DNA of 64,000 bases, from assembly GCA_015066975.1 (NCBI GenBank), contig SVNI01000003.1, forward strand, positions 17,951 through 81,950. Reading direction: 5' to 3'. The position numbers were made by a program, and so were the translations under genes. Below the pieces are notes generated by a model that saw nothing but the letters and a program-made list of their open reading frames with translations, was not told the origin of the DNA and did not search any database. Source of the DNA: Ruminococcus sp. (GTDB lineage: Bacteria; Bacillota; Clostridia; Oscillospirales; Ruminococcaceae). Of the stretch, positions 45,621 through 54,650 are shown piece after piece (position 1 is the first letter of the stretch; the number at the start of each line of letters is the position of its first letter).

Positions 45621-45725
45621 TTTCATTGAGATTAAATCAAATAATGGGGGGAATTGGGGGGATTAACAAATTATTTCAACTCACATGACAGATGAAACTT
45701 AAGGGGGAATTTCTTAATCCTCTTA
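45590..45725 (-). ncRNA. candidate C-rich small RNA or deoD 3'UTR-derived RNA
   Basis: Non-coding stretch between the deoD stop (45786) and the terminator. On the minus strand it carries CCCCC (45707-45703), CCCCCC (45661-45656), CCCCCC (45651-45646) and CCCC in the terminator loop (45608-45605). Confidence 0.35.
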
Positions 45726-45785
45726 TATTGTACCCCGGAAAGCTTAAAGTAATCTTAAAGCGATAATTTTTTTTTTAAAATTTTT

Positions 45786-46493
45786 TTATAAATTTACAAC
45801 TGTTTCCAGCGCAAGCTTCATCATGTTTGTGAAGCCCGTCTGACGTTCTTCCGCAGAGGTGAATTCATGCCGGAGCGGACAGTCTGAAACCGTACAGATA
45901 CAAAGTGCTTCTTTTCCGGCTCTTGCAGCATTCATATAAAGCGCGGCGGATTCCATTTCAATTCCGAGTACATGCATCTTTGCCCATTCTTCCAGAGAAT
46001 TCGCATCATCATAGAACGTATCACTACAGAACAGATTCCCCGTTTTAACCGGAATGTTTAATTTCTCTGCGGTTTCGGATGCCGTTTTCAGCAGACGGAA
46101 AGAGGCTATCGGCGCATATGTTCCCGGCAGACGGTACTGCATGGCAAAATTGGAATTTGTACAGGATGCCTGACCAAGTATCACATCACGAAGCTTGACT
46201 TCCGGTGCAATCCCTCCGGCTGTGCCGATTCTGATAATGCTCTTGACATCAAAGAAATGATACAGTTCATAAGAATAGATTCCGATAGACGGAATGCCCA
46301 TTCCGCTTCCCTGCACCGATACCGGAACGCCCTGATATGTTCCTGTATAGCCCAGCATTCCGCGGATTTCGTTGACACATTTCGGGTTTTCGAGATAGGT
46401 TTCAGCGATGAATTTCGCTCTCAGTGGGTCGCCCGGCATGAGCACAACCGGTGCATAATCGCCTTTCTGACCCTGTAAATGCGGTGTAGACAT
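45786..46493 (-). CDS. deoD: purine nucleoside phosphorylase, DeoD type
   Basis: VVLMPGDPLRAKFIAETYLE...GMGIPSIGIYSYEL...RIGTAGG. Confidence 0.9.
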   Translation of the reverse strand: MSTPHLQGQKGDYAPVVLMPGDPLRAKFIAETYLENPKCVNEIRGMLGYTGTYQGVPVSVQGSGMGIPSIGIYSYELYHFFDVKSIIRIGTAGGIAPEVKLRDVILGQASCTNSNFAMQYRLPGTYAPIASFRLLKTASETAEKLNIPVKTGNLFCSDTFYDDANSLEEWAKMHVLGIEMESAALYMNAARAGKEALCICTVSDCPLRHEFTSAEERQTGFTNMMKLALETVVNL

Positions 46494-46520
46494 AAAAAAC
46501 AGCCTCCTTTAAAATAAAAT

Positions 46521-47201
46521 TTATTTTTCGATTTTCTTGCCTTTCTGACCGATTTTGCTTTCTGTACCGTTTTTCAGACGTTCGATATTGGAACGATGCA
46601 TATATATAATTATAGAAGCCATAACGCACAGGGAGGCAAAATGCAGAAACATCTGATTCAGCGTGAATTCCTGATGATGCATATCATTCCAGAAATACTG
46701 TGCCCCGAACGTTACAAACGGACAGCAGGCTGTTGCGATGATCGAAGACAGGCTCACATATTTGGAAATCACCAGCACCAGCGCAAAAATACCAATCAAG
46801 ATTAAAAATACTCTCCAGTCAAGAATCAGAAAGATAGAAACCCCGACAAGTACGCCCTTTCCGCCCTTGAATCCGTGATACAGCGGGAAAATATGCCCTA
46901 ACATCGCAAAAATCCCGGCAACGCATCCAAGCAGATATAAATCTGTATTTTCTCCGGAAAGCATTTTTCCGAATGTCTGGCTTAACAATACGGCTACTAT
47001 GCCTTTTGATAAGTCCCCGATAAGCGTAATCAGAGCACAACCCTTTCCGAAGCATCGGAGCGTATTCGTCAGACCAGCGTTTCCGCTTCCGAAATTCCGG
47101 ATATCTTCATGCTTCAGAAGCTTGACAGTCAGAATCGCCGAATTGATGCTCCCGAACAGATAGCCCAGCACTGCCGAAATCAAACAGGAAAGAAGTATCA
47201 T
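46521..47201 (-). CDS. plsY: glycerol-3-phosphate acyltransferase PlsY
   Basis: GYLFGSINSAI...NFGSGNAGLTNTLR...FKGGKGV. Polytopic membrane protein. Confidence 0.9.
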   Translation of the reverse strand: MILLSCLISAVLGYLFGSINSAILTVKLLKHEDIRNFGSGNAGLTNTLRCFGKGCALITLIGDLSKGIVAVLLSQTFGKMLSGENTDLYLLGCVAGIFAMLGHIFPLYHGFKGGKGVLVGVSIFLILDWRVFLILIGIFALVLVISKYVSLSSIIATACCPFVTFGAQYFWNDMHHQEFTLNQMFLHFASLCVMASIIIYMHRSNIERLKNGTESKIGQKGKKIEK

Positions 47202-47219
47202 AAAATTATATTCCCCCTG

Positions 47220-48548
47220 TTAGTCATCATTCCGGTTGCGTTCGCGGACAATCATCCGGATGGGAGTCCCTTCCATGCCGAATGTCGAGCGTATCTGATT
47301 TTCGATATATCTCTGATAGGAAAAATGGAATAAATCCGCTCTGTTGACAAATAACACAAATGTCGGCGGTTTGGAAGACGCTTGCGTCATGTAGTAGATT
47401 TTCAGTCTTCTGCCCTTATCGGACGGAGGCTGAACCCTTGCAACGGCATAGGCAAGAATATCGTTCAGCATACCTGTGCTGATGCGCAAGGAATTTTGCT
47501 GATAAACATGCTTAATCATCTCGAATAATTTTTCGACACGCTGGCCTGTTTTCGCTGAAATGAAGATAAACGGCACATAAGACATGAAACTGAAATCATT
47601 TTCGAGTTTTGTCTTGTATTCGTTCATAGTTTTATCAGTTTTTTCAACAGCATCCCATTTATTGACGGCAACAATACATGCTTTGCCCTGTTCATGAGCA
47701 TATCCGGCAACTTTGGAATCCTGTTCGGTGAATCCGGTTGTTGCATCAATCATGATAACGCAGACATCTGCACGGTCAACAGCCATGTAAGCTCTTAACA
47801 CGCTGAAATGCTCGATTTTTTCAGTAATTTTGGATTTTTTACGGATACCTGCTGTATCAATGAAAACATATCTGTCTTCACCGCGTTCGATAATCGTATC
47901 AGTTGCATCACGGGTCGTTCCGGCGATATCGGAAACAATAACGCGTTCTTCTCCGGCGATTCTGTTAATCAGGGAAGATTTTCCGGCATTCGGTTTGCCG
48001 ATGACAGCTACGCGGATATCCGATTCTTCGTAATCATCAATATCACCTTCGGGGAAATGCTTGATAATCTCGTCAAGCATATCGCCTGTGCCGTGACCAT
48101 GAACGGATGAAATCGGGAACGGTTCGCCGATTCCCAGATTATAGAATTCATAGACATCCATAGGGACTTCGCCGAGGGTATCGCATTTATTGACAGCGAG
48201 AACAACAGGTTTTCCGGATTTCTGAAGCATATCGGCAACAGCATAGTCATTGGCTGTGACACCACTCCGGACATCGGTCACAAAGACAATTACATCTGCA
48301 TGAGAAATTGCAAGTTCGGCCTGCTGTCTCATGAGAGTAAGCATTTTATCATCTTCCTTAGGTTCGATACCGCCGGTATCGACGACCATAAATTTATGGT
48401 CTCGCCATTCGCATTTGGAATAGATTCTGTCACGGGTGACACCGGGGGTATCTTCCACGATAGAGAGTCTCTGTCCGATTAATTTATTAAATAATGTCGA
48501 TTTTCCGACATTTGGTCTGCCGACAACGGCAACAACGGGTAACGGCAT
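47220..48548 (-). CDS. der: ribosome-associated GTPase Der (EngA)
   Basis: Two G domains (GRPNVGKSTLFN, GKPNAGKSSLIN) plus a KH-like C-terminus. Confidence 0.95.
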   Translation of the reverse strand: MPLPVVAVVGRPNVGKSTLFNKLIGQRLSIVEDTPGVTRDRIYSKCEWRDHKFMVVDTGGIEPKEDDKMLTLMRQQAELAISHADVIVFVTDVRSGVTANDYAVADMLQKSGKPVVLAVNKCDTLGEVPMDVYEFYNLGIGEPFPISSVHGHGTGDMLDEIIKHFPEGDIDDYEESDIRVAVIGKPNAGKSSLINRIAGEERVIVSDIAGTTRDATDTIIERGEDRYVFIDTAGIRKKSKITEKIEHFSVLRAYMAVDRADVCVIMIDATTGFTEQDSKVAGYAHEQGKACIVAVNKWDAVEKTDKTMNEYKTKLENDFSFMSYVPFIFISAKTGQRVEKLFEMIKHVYQQNSLRISTGMLNDILAYAVARVQPPSDKGRRLKIYYMTQASSKPPTFVLFVNRADLFHFSYQRYIENQIRSTFGMEGTPIRMIVRERNRNDD

Positions 48549-48569
48549 GTTATCTCCTCCTTTATCTCA

Positions 48570-48911
48570 TCACTGATATTTCATCAGTTCTTTTGCAAAA
48601 AATTCTCTGTGGCACTGCTGTCCGTCCGCTGAAATATAATAATAACAGCAGTGATATTTAAAATTCCAGAATATATCCGTAATCTTTCCGATACGCTCCG
48701 GATGGCGGACAATCCGGACAGTTTCACCATAGGCGAATTCCGGCGGTGCGGATAATGTTTTTAATTCCATGACGGAAAATTTCAGCCCTTGGACATGTTC
48801 CGGCTGAGAAAGAATTGCTGTTTTTTTATCTGCATCCAAATCGAATGCAACTACTTTATCACATAGTTTATTTTCTCGGATGACTTTGCTGTTGAAACAG
48901 ACACCCCACAT
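48570..48911 (-). CDS. hypothetical protein (113 aa)
   Basis: ORF packed between DUF512 and der, with 18- and 21-nt gaps. No recognisable motif. Confidence 0.5.
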   Translation of the reverse strand: MWGVCFNSKVIRENKLCDKVVAFDLDADKKTAILSQPEHVQGLKFSVMELKTLSAPPEFAYGETVRIVRHPERIGKITDIFWNFKYHCCYYYISADGQQCHREFFAKELMKYQ

Positions 48912-48929
48912 AGAAACACTTCTTTCTGA

Positions 48930-50240
48930 TTAGTATTCATTGCCAAGCATGGCATCCAGAAGCTCGAAACCGTCGCTGTTGGTAATCTGAATTTCAATAT
49001 CCAAAGCCTTTTCTACATCAGAAATATGCAAATCATCCAGAAATACATCATCATTCCGGCGAATCATACTGCTCGACAGCAATAATTTATCGCCTAAGGG
49101 CTTGCCTTTAAGCTGGGCGATTAAATCCTGTGCCGTGATTAAGCCCGTCACAGTGATAGTTTCCCCGAAAAAGTCATTCCTGATACAATATACATGACAG
49201 GTAAGACCCGGAAACTTTTCTTCGGCTTCTCTGGCGAGTCCGCATAAGAATTCATAAGGGCTTCTGCCTGTGGCTATCGAAACAGTACGGGGCAGATTTT
49301 CAGAATCGGCAGTTTCAAGTGCCTGATGAAATTCATCCGCTAAAGAGCGAAGCATCCCGACGCCATTTTCATACTGCGGATATTCTTCATAATAATCAGC
49401 GTCTGGAATCTCACGTTCTGCAATTAAGAAAAATTCATCTGACGGGAAAACCGCTCTTGTGCCGAATTTTTCAAGAAATTTTTCCTGATAGCTCTGAATT
49501 AAATCAATTGCATCTCCGGCAGTCTGTTTCGTAAATCCCGTGAGTGGATAGAGATTTTTCCGATATTTCGACAATCCGACGGGAACAACCGCCACACTGG
49601 TCAGGTTCGGGAGCATTTTCCCTAAATCCTGAAGGGAGCGTTCCAGTTCTGCGCCGTCGTTCAGTCCCGGACAGAGCACTATCTGACAGTTAAGCTGAAT
49701 GCCGGCTCTTGCCATCTGCCAGAGAAAATCTAGCTTTTCGCCGGCAAAGCGATTATGCATCATCTTGCATCTGAGTTCCGGATTGGTCGTATGCACCGAA
49801 ACATTGATGTTTAATTTCATCTCGATAATTCTGTCAACATCTTCCTGAGTCATATTCGTGAGCGTGACATAATTCCCCTGCAAAAACGACAGACGGGCAT
49901 CATCATCTTTAAAATAAAGCGTTTCACGCATTCCGGGAGGCATCTGGTCAATGAAGCAGAACACGCATTTATTTTTACAGCTCTGCTTGTTATCCATCAG
50001 AAAGCTTGCAAATTCCAGACCTAAGTCATCATATTCATCTTTTCTGATTCTGATTTCCCGCTGCTGTCCCTGATTCTCAATTATCAGATGCACATCTGTT
50101 TCGGCGGCATAATACATATAATCCAGAACGTCCCTGACTTTGTGCTGATTCATGGAGACAAGGAATTCTCCTTTGCAGATTCCGGCACGGTATGCCGGCG
50201 AACCCTGAATCACACCTGTAATTTCAACCAGATAAGTCAC
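48930..50240 (-). CDS. DUF512 domain protein (PDZ + radical-SAM-like)
   Basis: N-terminal PDZ-like (VIQGSPAYRAGICKGEFLVSMN), then CKNKCVFCFIDQ and LQGNYVTLTNM. This family commonly precedes der. The start codon is uncertain because GTG 50240 directly abuts the SD. Confidence 0.7.
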   Translation of the reverse strand: MTYLVEITGVIQGSPAYRAGICKGEFLVSMNQHKVRDVLDYMYYAAETDVHLIIENQGQQREIRIRKDEYDDLGLEFASFLMDNKQSCKNKCVFCFIDQMPPGMRETLYFKDDDARLSFLQGNYVTLTNMTQEDVDRIIEMKLNINVSVHTTNPELRCKMMHNRFAGEKLDFLWQMARAGIQLNCQIVLCPGLNDGAELERSLQDLGKMLPNLTSVAVVPVGLSKYRKNLYPLTGFTKQTAGDAIDLIQSYQEKFLEKFGTRAVFPSDEFFLIAEREIPDADYYEEYPQYENGVGMLRSLADEFHQALETADSENLPRTVSIATGRSPYEFLCGLAREAEEKFPGLTCHVYCIRNDFFGETITVTGLITAQDLIAQLKGKPLGDKLLLSSSMIRRNDDVFLDDLHISDVEKALDIEIQITNSDGFELLDAMLGNEY

Positions 50241-50269
50241 TCCTTTCTGCTGAATCCGGCATTATGTTT

Positions 50270-50298
50270 ATGATAACATATTTTCCGGCTTTTGTCAA
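50270..50298 (-). promoter_or_regulatory. promoter of the DUF512-der-plsY-deoD operon
   Basis: On the minus strand: TTGACA (50298-50293), 17 nt, TGt-TATCAT (50275-50270). Confidence 0.55.
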
Positions 50299-50360
50299 TG
50301 AAAAGATAAAAAAGCATGATTTTTTCAGAAGAAATCTGTATGATTTTTTTCAGAAACTAC

Positions 50361-50389
50361 TTGACAAGCCCGGCAATTTGTGTTATAAT
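50361..50389 (+). promoter_or_regulatory. promoter of rpsF-ssb-rpsR
   Basis: TTGACA (50361-50366), 17 nt, TGt-TATAAT (50384-50389). Confidence 0.65.
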
Positions 50390-50478
50390 ATGTCTTAGCT
50401 GTTGTGACAGCGATATTTTATAAATCCTTGCCTGTTTTCTGAAAAACAGGCGGAATCCAGAAGGAGGTGCTATGAGAA

Positions 50479-50772
50479 ATGGCAAAGTTAAGCGAAAATT
50501 ATGAAGCTATGGTAGTATTCAGCCTCAAGAACGAGGAAGAAGAAATGAGAAAGCTTATCGAAAAGTTCAAGGGTGTTATCGAAAGACACGGCAGCCTGAC
50601 AGAAGAAGTAAACGAATGGGGCAAGCGTAAACTCGCTTATCCGATTAACTACGAAACAGAAGGTTACTATGTACTGTATACTTTCACATCTGCACCGGAA
50701 TTTCCGGCTGAACTGAATCGCCGTCTGAACCTGAGTGACGGTGTTCTGCGTGCATTGGTAACAACCAAGTAA
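50479..50772 (+). CDS. rpsF: 30S ribosomal protein S6
   Basis: YEAMVVFSL...WGKRKLAYPINYETEGYYVLY. GAAGGAGG lies upstream. Confidence 0.95.
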   Translation: MAKLSENYEAMVVFSLKNEEEEMRKLIEKFKGVIERHGSLTEEVNEWGKRKLAYPINYETEGYYVLYTFTSAPEFPAELNRRLNLSDGVLRALVTTK

Positions 50773-50800
50773 GCTACAAATATTGGGGAGGTTCATTACT

Positions 50801-51445
50801 ATGAACAAAGTATTTTTTATGGGGAGATTAGTGGCAGACCCGGAATTCAGCATGAGTCAGAGCGGTATGGCATACTGCCGTTTCCGCATCGCGGTGGACA
50901 GAAGCTATAATAAGCCGGGTGAAGAAAAAAAATCTGATTTTTTCAGAATTACATGCTTCGGCAAATTAGCTGAACATGTCAGCCATTATTATACCAAAGG
51001 CAAGCCGATTCTGGTGGAGGGAAAAATTCAGAATGACAACTACACTGATAATAATGGGGTTCAGCAGTATCGTGATACGATTATTGCCGACAGTGTAAGC
51101 TTTGTACTTTCTGACCCGACAAGAAACGGCAATAACGGCGGTAATTACAATAACGGTGGCTATAGTAATGGCGGTTATAACAACAATAACGGCTATAACA
51201 ACGGCGGTTATAATAATAACGGCTATCAGAACAACAATTACAATAACGGCGGTTATAACAATGGCGGTTACAATAACGGCGGTTATCAGAATCAGCCGAA
51301 TTATAACAACGCTCCGCCTCAGCAGTTCGCTCCACCCGTACAGCAGAGCCAGCCGAAAGATGTTCAGCTCGGCAATGACAGCGGAAAAAGCGACGACTTC
51401 AACGATTTTGAAGAAATCATCAGCGACGGCTCACTGCCGTTCTGA
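50801..51445 (+). CDS. ssb: single-stranded DNA-binding protein
   Basis: OB-fold N-terminus MNKVFFMGRLVADPE...DFFRITCFGKLAE. Asn/Gly/Tyr-rich linker. Acidic tip DFEEIISDGSLPF. Confidence 0.9.
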   Translation: MNKVFFMGRLVADPEFSMSQSGMAYCRFRIAVDRSYNKPGEEKKSDFFRITCFGKLAEHVSHYYTKGKPILVEGKIQNDNYTDNNGVQQYRDTIIADSVSFVLSDPTRNGNNGGNYNNGGYSNGGYNNNNGYNNGGYNNNGYQNNNYNNGGYNNGGYNNGGYQNQPNYNNAPPQQFAPPVQQSQPKDVQLGNDSGKSDDFNDFEEIISDGSLPF

Positions 51446-51483
51446 TTCATCATTATTTTTCAGAAAGGAGTTAAATCAGTATT

Positions 51484-51726
51484 ATGGAACGTGAGAGAAA
51501 TTCCCGTCCTTCCAAGCGTCCGCGCAAGAAGGTTTGCATGTTCTGTGTTGACCGTGTAGAAAAAATTGACTACAAGGACATCACAAAGCTTAAGAAATGC
51601 ATGACAGAACGCTCTAAGATTCTGCCTCGCCGTGTGACTGGCACTTGTGCTTTCCACCAGCGTGAACTGACTGTTGCTATCAAGAGAGCAAGACATATCG
51701 CCCTCCTGCCTTATGTCAGCGACTAA
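51484..51726 (+). CDS. rpsR: 30S ribosomal protein S18
   Basis: [63 protein letters not shown]. Confidence 0.95.
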   Translation: MERERNSRPSKRPRKKVCMFCVDRVEKIDYKDITKLKKCMTERSKILPRRVTGTCAFHQRELTVAIKRARHIALLPYVSD

Positions 51727-51750
51727 TGAGCGAATTATATAGATGATATA

Positions 51751-51780
51751 AGCCGTTCCGGTGTGCCGGGACGGCTTTTC
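51751..51780 (+). terminator. terminator after rpsR
   Basis: AGCCGTTCCGG / CCGGGACGGCT hairpin followed by TTTTC. Confidence 0.65.
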
Positions 51781-51851
51781 TGTGATATTTTCGGAAGTTT
51801 GTACATATCATGAATCAAGTCCGGATTATTCTTCTGAAAGGATTTGATACA

Positions 51852-54434
51852 ATGAAAGGTCTGACTTCCGTACAGGTACAGGCACTACAGAAAGAACACG
51901 GTCTGAACACGCTCGCACAGGTCAGACCGCCCAGCCCTCTGAAAATATTTTTCAGTCAGTTCAAAGATGCTATGGTTCTGATTTTAATCGCTGCAACAGG
52001 GATTTCTGCCCTGCTCGGTGAGTGGACGGATGCCATCACGATTATTGTCATTGTGATTCTGAATGCCGTGCTCGGATTTATTCAGGAATACCGTACCGAA
52101 AAAACACTCGAAGCTCTCCGGAATATGACCGCTCCCACAGCAAAAGTATATCGTGATGATGTGCTTCAGGAACTCCCGGCAGAACAGCTTGTTCCGGGGG
52201 ATTTGATTTCTGTCGAAGCCGGGGACTGTGTTCCGGCGGACTGCATTCTGCTGACTGCAAACAGACTCTATGCGAATGAATCTGTTCTGACCGGAGAGGC
52301 TGAACCTATCGCGAAATATGCCGGAACGCTTCGGGATGATACTTCCGGTCTGCATAAGCCTTATGTCATCTACAGCGGGACGGCTGTCACCAGAGGAAGC
52401 GGAACAGCACAGGTTATCGCTATTGGAAAAAATACCCAGATGGGCTTGATTTCCGGAATGCTTTCCGAAATCAGAAGAACAGAAACACCTCTCCAGAAAC
52501 GTCTTGGCGAACTTGGAAAAATGCTTGCTTTGATTTGTATCGGGGTCTGCATGGCGGTTTTCGCGGCTGGCGTTCTGCGTGGTGAGCCTATTTTTGATAT
52601 GCTCATGACAGGCATTTCTATCGCGATTGCAGCGATTCCGGAAGGACTTCCTGCCACAGTCACCATTGCCCTTGCCTTAGCCGTCAACAGAATGATGAAG
52701 CAGAAAGCACTTGTCAATCGTCTTCACAGTGTTGAAACCCTTGGCTGTACTTCTGTTATCTGCTCCGATAAGACAGGCACTATTACCGAAAACCGCATGA
52801 CTGTCACTAAAATTCAAACGCTTGAACAGGAATTCGACATTACCGGAACGGCACTCAAAAAAGACGGCGCAATTCTGGAAAATCATGCTCCGGTGCAGGT
52901 CAAGTCCGTTCCGGCTCTTGAATCGCTTCTGATTTGTGCGGTACTCTGCAATAATGCTGAATTATCTGAAAAAGATGCTTCTGAATGGAACGCTGTCGGC
53001 GACCCGACCGAAACCGCTTTGCTTGCAGTATCGGCAAAAGGCGGAATTTCTTCTAAAATCCTGAACGCTTCCAGAATCGAAGAAGAACCTTTCGACAGCG
53101 ATTCCCGAAATATGAGTGTCTTTGTCCGGAGAAATCAGCAGGGATATACTTACTCAAAAGGTGCAGTGGATGTGATTTTGAATCAATGCGATTCCGTCAG
53201 AACCCGGAACGGTGATATCAATTTATCTGCTGTATTCAGAAAACAGATTTCCGAACAGGCCGAAAAATTATCATCTCAGGCTCTGCGTGTGCTTGCTTTC
53301 GCCGAAAAGAAATCCGATAAGCTTTCCAGCAGCGGCATGACTTTTCTCGGACTGACCGGAATGCTTGACCCGCCCCGCCCGGAAGCAAAAGAAGCTATCC
53401 GGAAATGTGCATCTGCATCCGTGAAAACTGTCATGATTACCGGCGACCATAAGAAAACCGCTTCCGCTGTTGCACGGAAAGCCGGACTGCTCCGGGGAGG
53501 AGAAGTCATCACGGGGGATGAACTTGACCTCATGACGGAATCTCAGCTTGACAGAAGATTAGCAAAAATATCCGTTTTTGCAAGGGTGAACCCCTCCCAT
53601 AAATTAAGATTGGTCAGAGCTTTTCAGCGTGCCGGAAACATTGTTACCATGACAGGCGACGGTGTGAATGATGCCCCGGCCATCAAGGAAGCTGATGTCG
53701 GCGTTGCCATGGGGCTGACTGGAACAGATGTAGCAAAACAAGCTGCTGATGTCATCTTGATGGATGATAATCTTGCAACCCTCGTTTCCGCTGTCGAACA
53801 GGGAAGGGCTATCTATTCCAATATCCGGAAATTTGTCAGATATTTGTTATCCTGCAATATCGGCGAAGTTATCACTATGTTTCTGGGAATCCTGATGGGA
53901 ATGCCTGTTGTTCTGCTTCCGGTGCAGTTACTGCTTGTGAATCTCGCTACAGACGGACTCCCGGCAATCGCCCTCGGACTCGAACCGCCGGAATCCGATG
54001 TCATGAAACGCCCTCCCCGTAAACCCGATGAAAGCTTTTTCGCTGACGGGCTTCTGACAAAAATCATCTGGAGAGGTGTCATGATTGGCTTGTGTACGTT
54101 AGGGTCATTCAGTACGGCACTCCGGTTCGGCGGAACACTTACCGAAGCACGCACTTGTGCGCTGTTCACGCTGGTGCTGTCGCAGTTGATTCATGTATTT
54201 GAATGCAAATCCGAACACGGAACGATTTTCAGTGTGCATTACTTCTCAAACTGGAAACTGATTTTTGCTGTTCTGATTTCAGCTCTGATGTTAGTCGTTA
54301 CCATCTGGATTCCGCAGGCACAGGGGATTTTCTCGACTGCGCCCCTGACCGGAAATCTGCTGTATCAGGCGATAGCCTTTTCCTTTGCCGTTCCGGTGAT
54401 GACTTCTCTGTTCACAGGATTTGCTAAGAAATAA
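51852..54434 (+). CDS. cation-transporting P-type ATPase (Ca2+/PMCA-SERCA-like, type II)
   Basis: DKTGTITENRMTV, MITGDHKKTA and TGDGVNDAPAIKEADVGVAMG. ATG 51852 after AAAGGA is the preferred start, although the track ORF begins at 51810. Confidence 0.85.
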   Translation: MKGLTSVQVQALQKEHGLNTLAQVRPPSPLKIFFSQFKDAMVLILIAATGISALLGEWTDAITIIVIVILNAVLGFIQEYRTEKTLEALRNMTAPTAKVYRDDVLQELPAEQLVPGDLISVEAGDCVPADCILLTANRLYANESVLTGEAEPIAKYAGTLRDDTSGLHKPYVIYSGTAVTRGSGTAQVIAIGKNTQMGLISGMLSEIRRTETPLQKRLGELGKMLALICIGVCMAVFAAGVLRGEPIFDMLMTGISIAIAAIPEGLPATVTIALALAVNRMMKQKALVNRLHSVETLGCTSVICSDKTGTITENRMTVTKIQTLEQEFDITGTALKKDGAILENHAPVQVKSVPALESLLICAVLCNNAELSEKDASEWNAVGDPTETALLAVSAKGGISSKILNASRIEEEPFDSDSRNMSVFVRRNQQGYTYSKGAVDVILNQCDSVRTRNGDINLSAVFRKQISEQAEKLSSQALRVLAFAEKKSDKLSSSGMTFLGLTGMLDPPRPEAKEAIRKCASASVKTVMITGDHKKTASAVARKAGLLRGGEVITGDELDLMTESQLDRRLAKISVFARVNPSHKLRLVRAFQRAGNIVTMTGDGVNDAPAIKEADVGVAMGLTGTDVAKQAADVILMDDNLATLVSAVEQGRAIYSNIRKFVRYLLSCNIGEVITMFLGILMGMPVVLLPVQLLLVNLATDGLPAIALGLEPPESDVMKRPPRKPDESFFADGLLTKIIWRGVMIGLCTLGSFSTALRFGGTLTEARTCALFTLVLSQLIHVFECKSEHGTIFSVHYFSNWKLIFAVLISALMLVVTIWIPQAQGIFSTAPLTGNLLYQAIAFSFAVPVMTSLFTGFAKK

Positions 54435-54437
54435 TAA

Positions 54438-54478
54438 CAGGCAGTCCGGCACGTTCCGGACTGCCTGATTTTTATTTT
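54438..54478 (+). terminator. terminator after the P-type ATPase gene
   Basis: CAGGCAGTCCGG / CCGGACTGCCTG hairpin followed by ATTTTTATTTT. Confidence 0.8.
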
Positions 54479-54547
54479 CCAAAAATGATTTATTATACAA
54501 AAATAAAATCTAATTTTTGAAAATATCATAGAAATTTACAAAAACCC

Positions 54548-54576
54548 TTGACAAACCGGATTTTATGAATTATAAT
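54548..54576 (+). promoter_or_regulatory. promoter of the SSS transporter-amidohydrolase pair
   Basis: TTGACA (54548-54553), 17 nt, TATAAT (54571-54576). Confidence 0.65.
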
Positions 54577-54650
54577 AATTACAGTTGCTTTTATGCGGAA
54601 AAGCGTTAAAGCTTTAAATCAAAAAATAATCAAAAAAGAGGGTAAGAATT

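Noticed and set aside
51120-51310. Short tandem DNA repeats that could be mistaken for a CRISPR or VNTR locus
   Set aside because: The repeats are in frame inside ssb and encode the N/G/Y linker. The units are 12-15 nt and imperfect, with no spacer architecture. No CRISPR array exists anywhere in the window.
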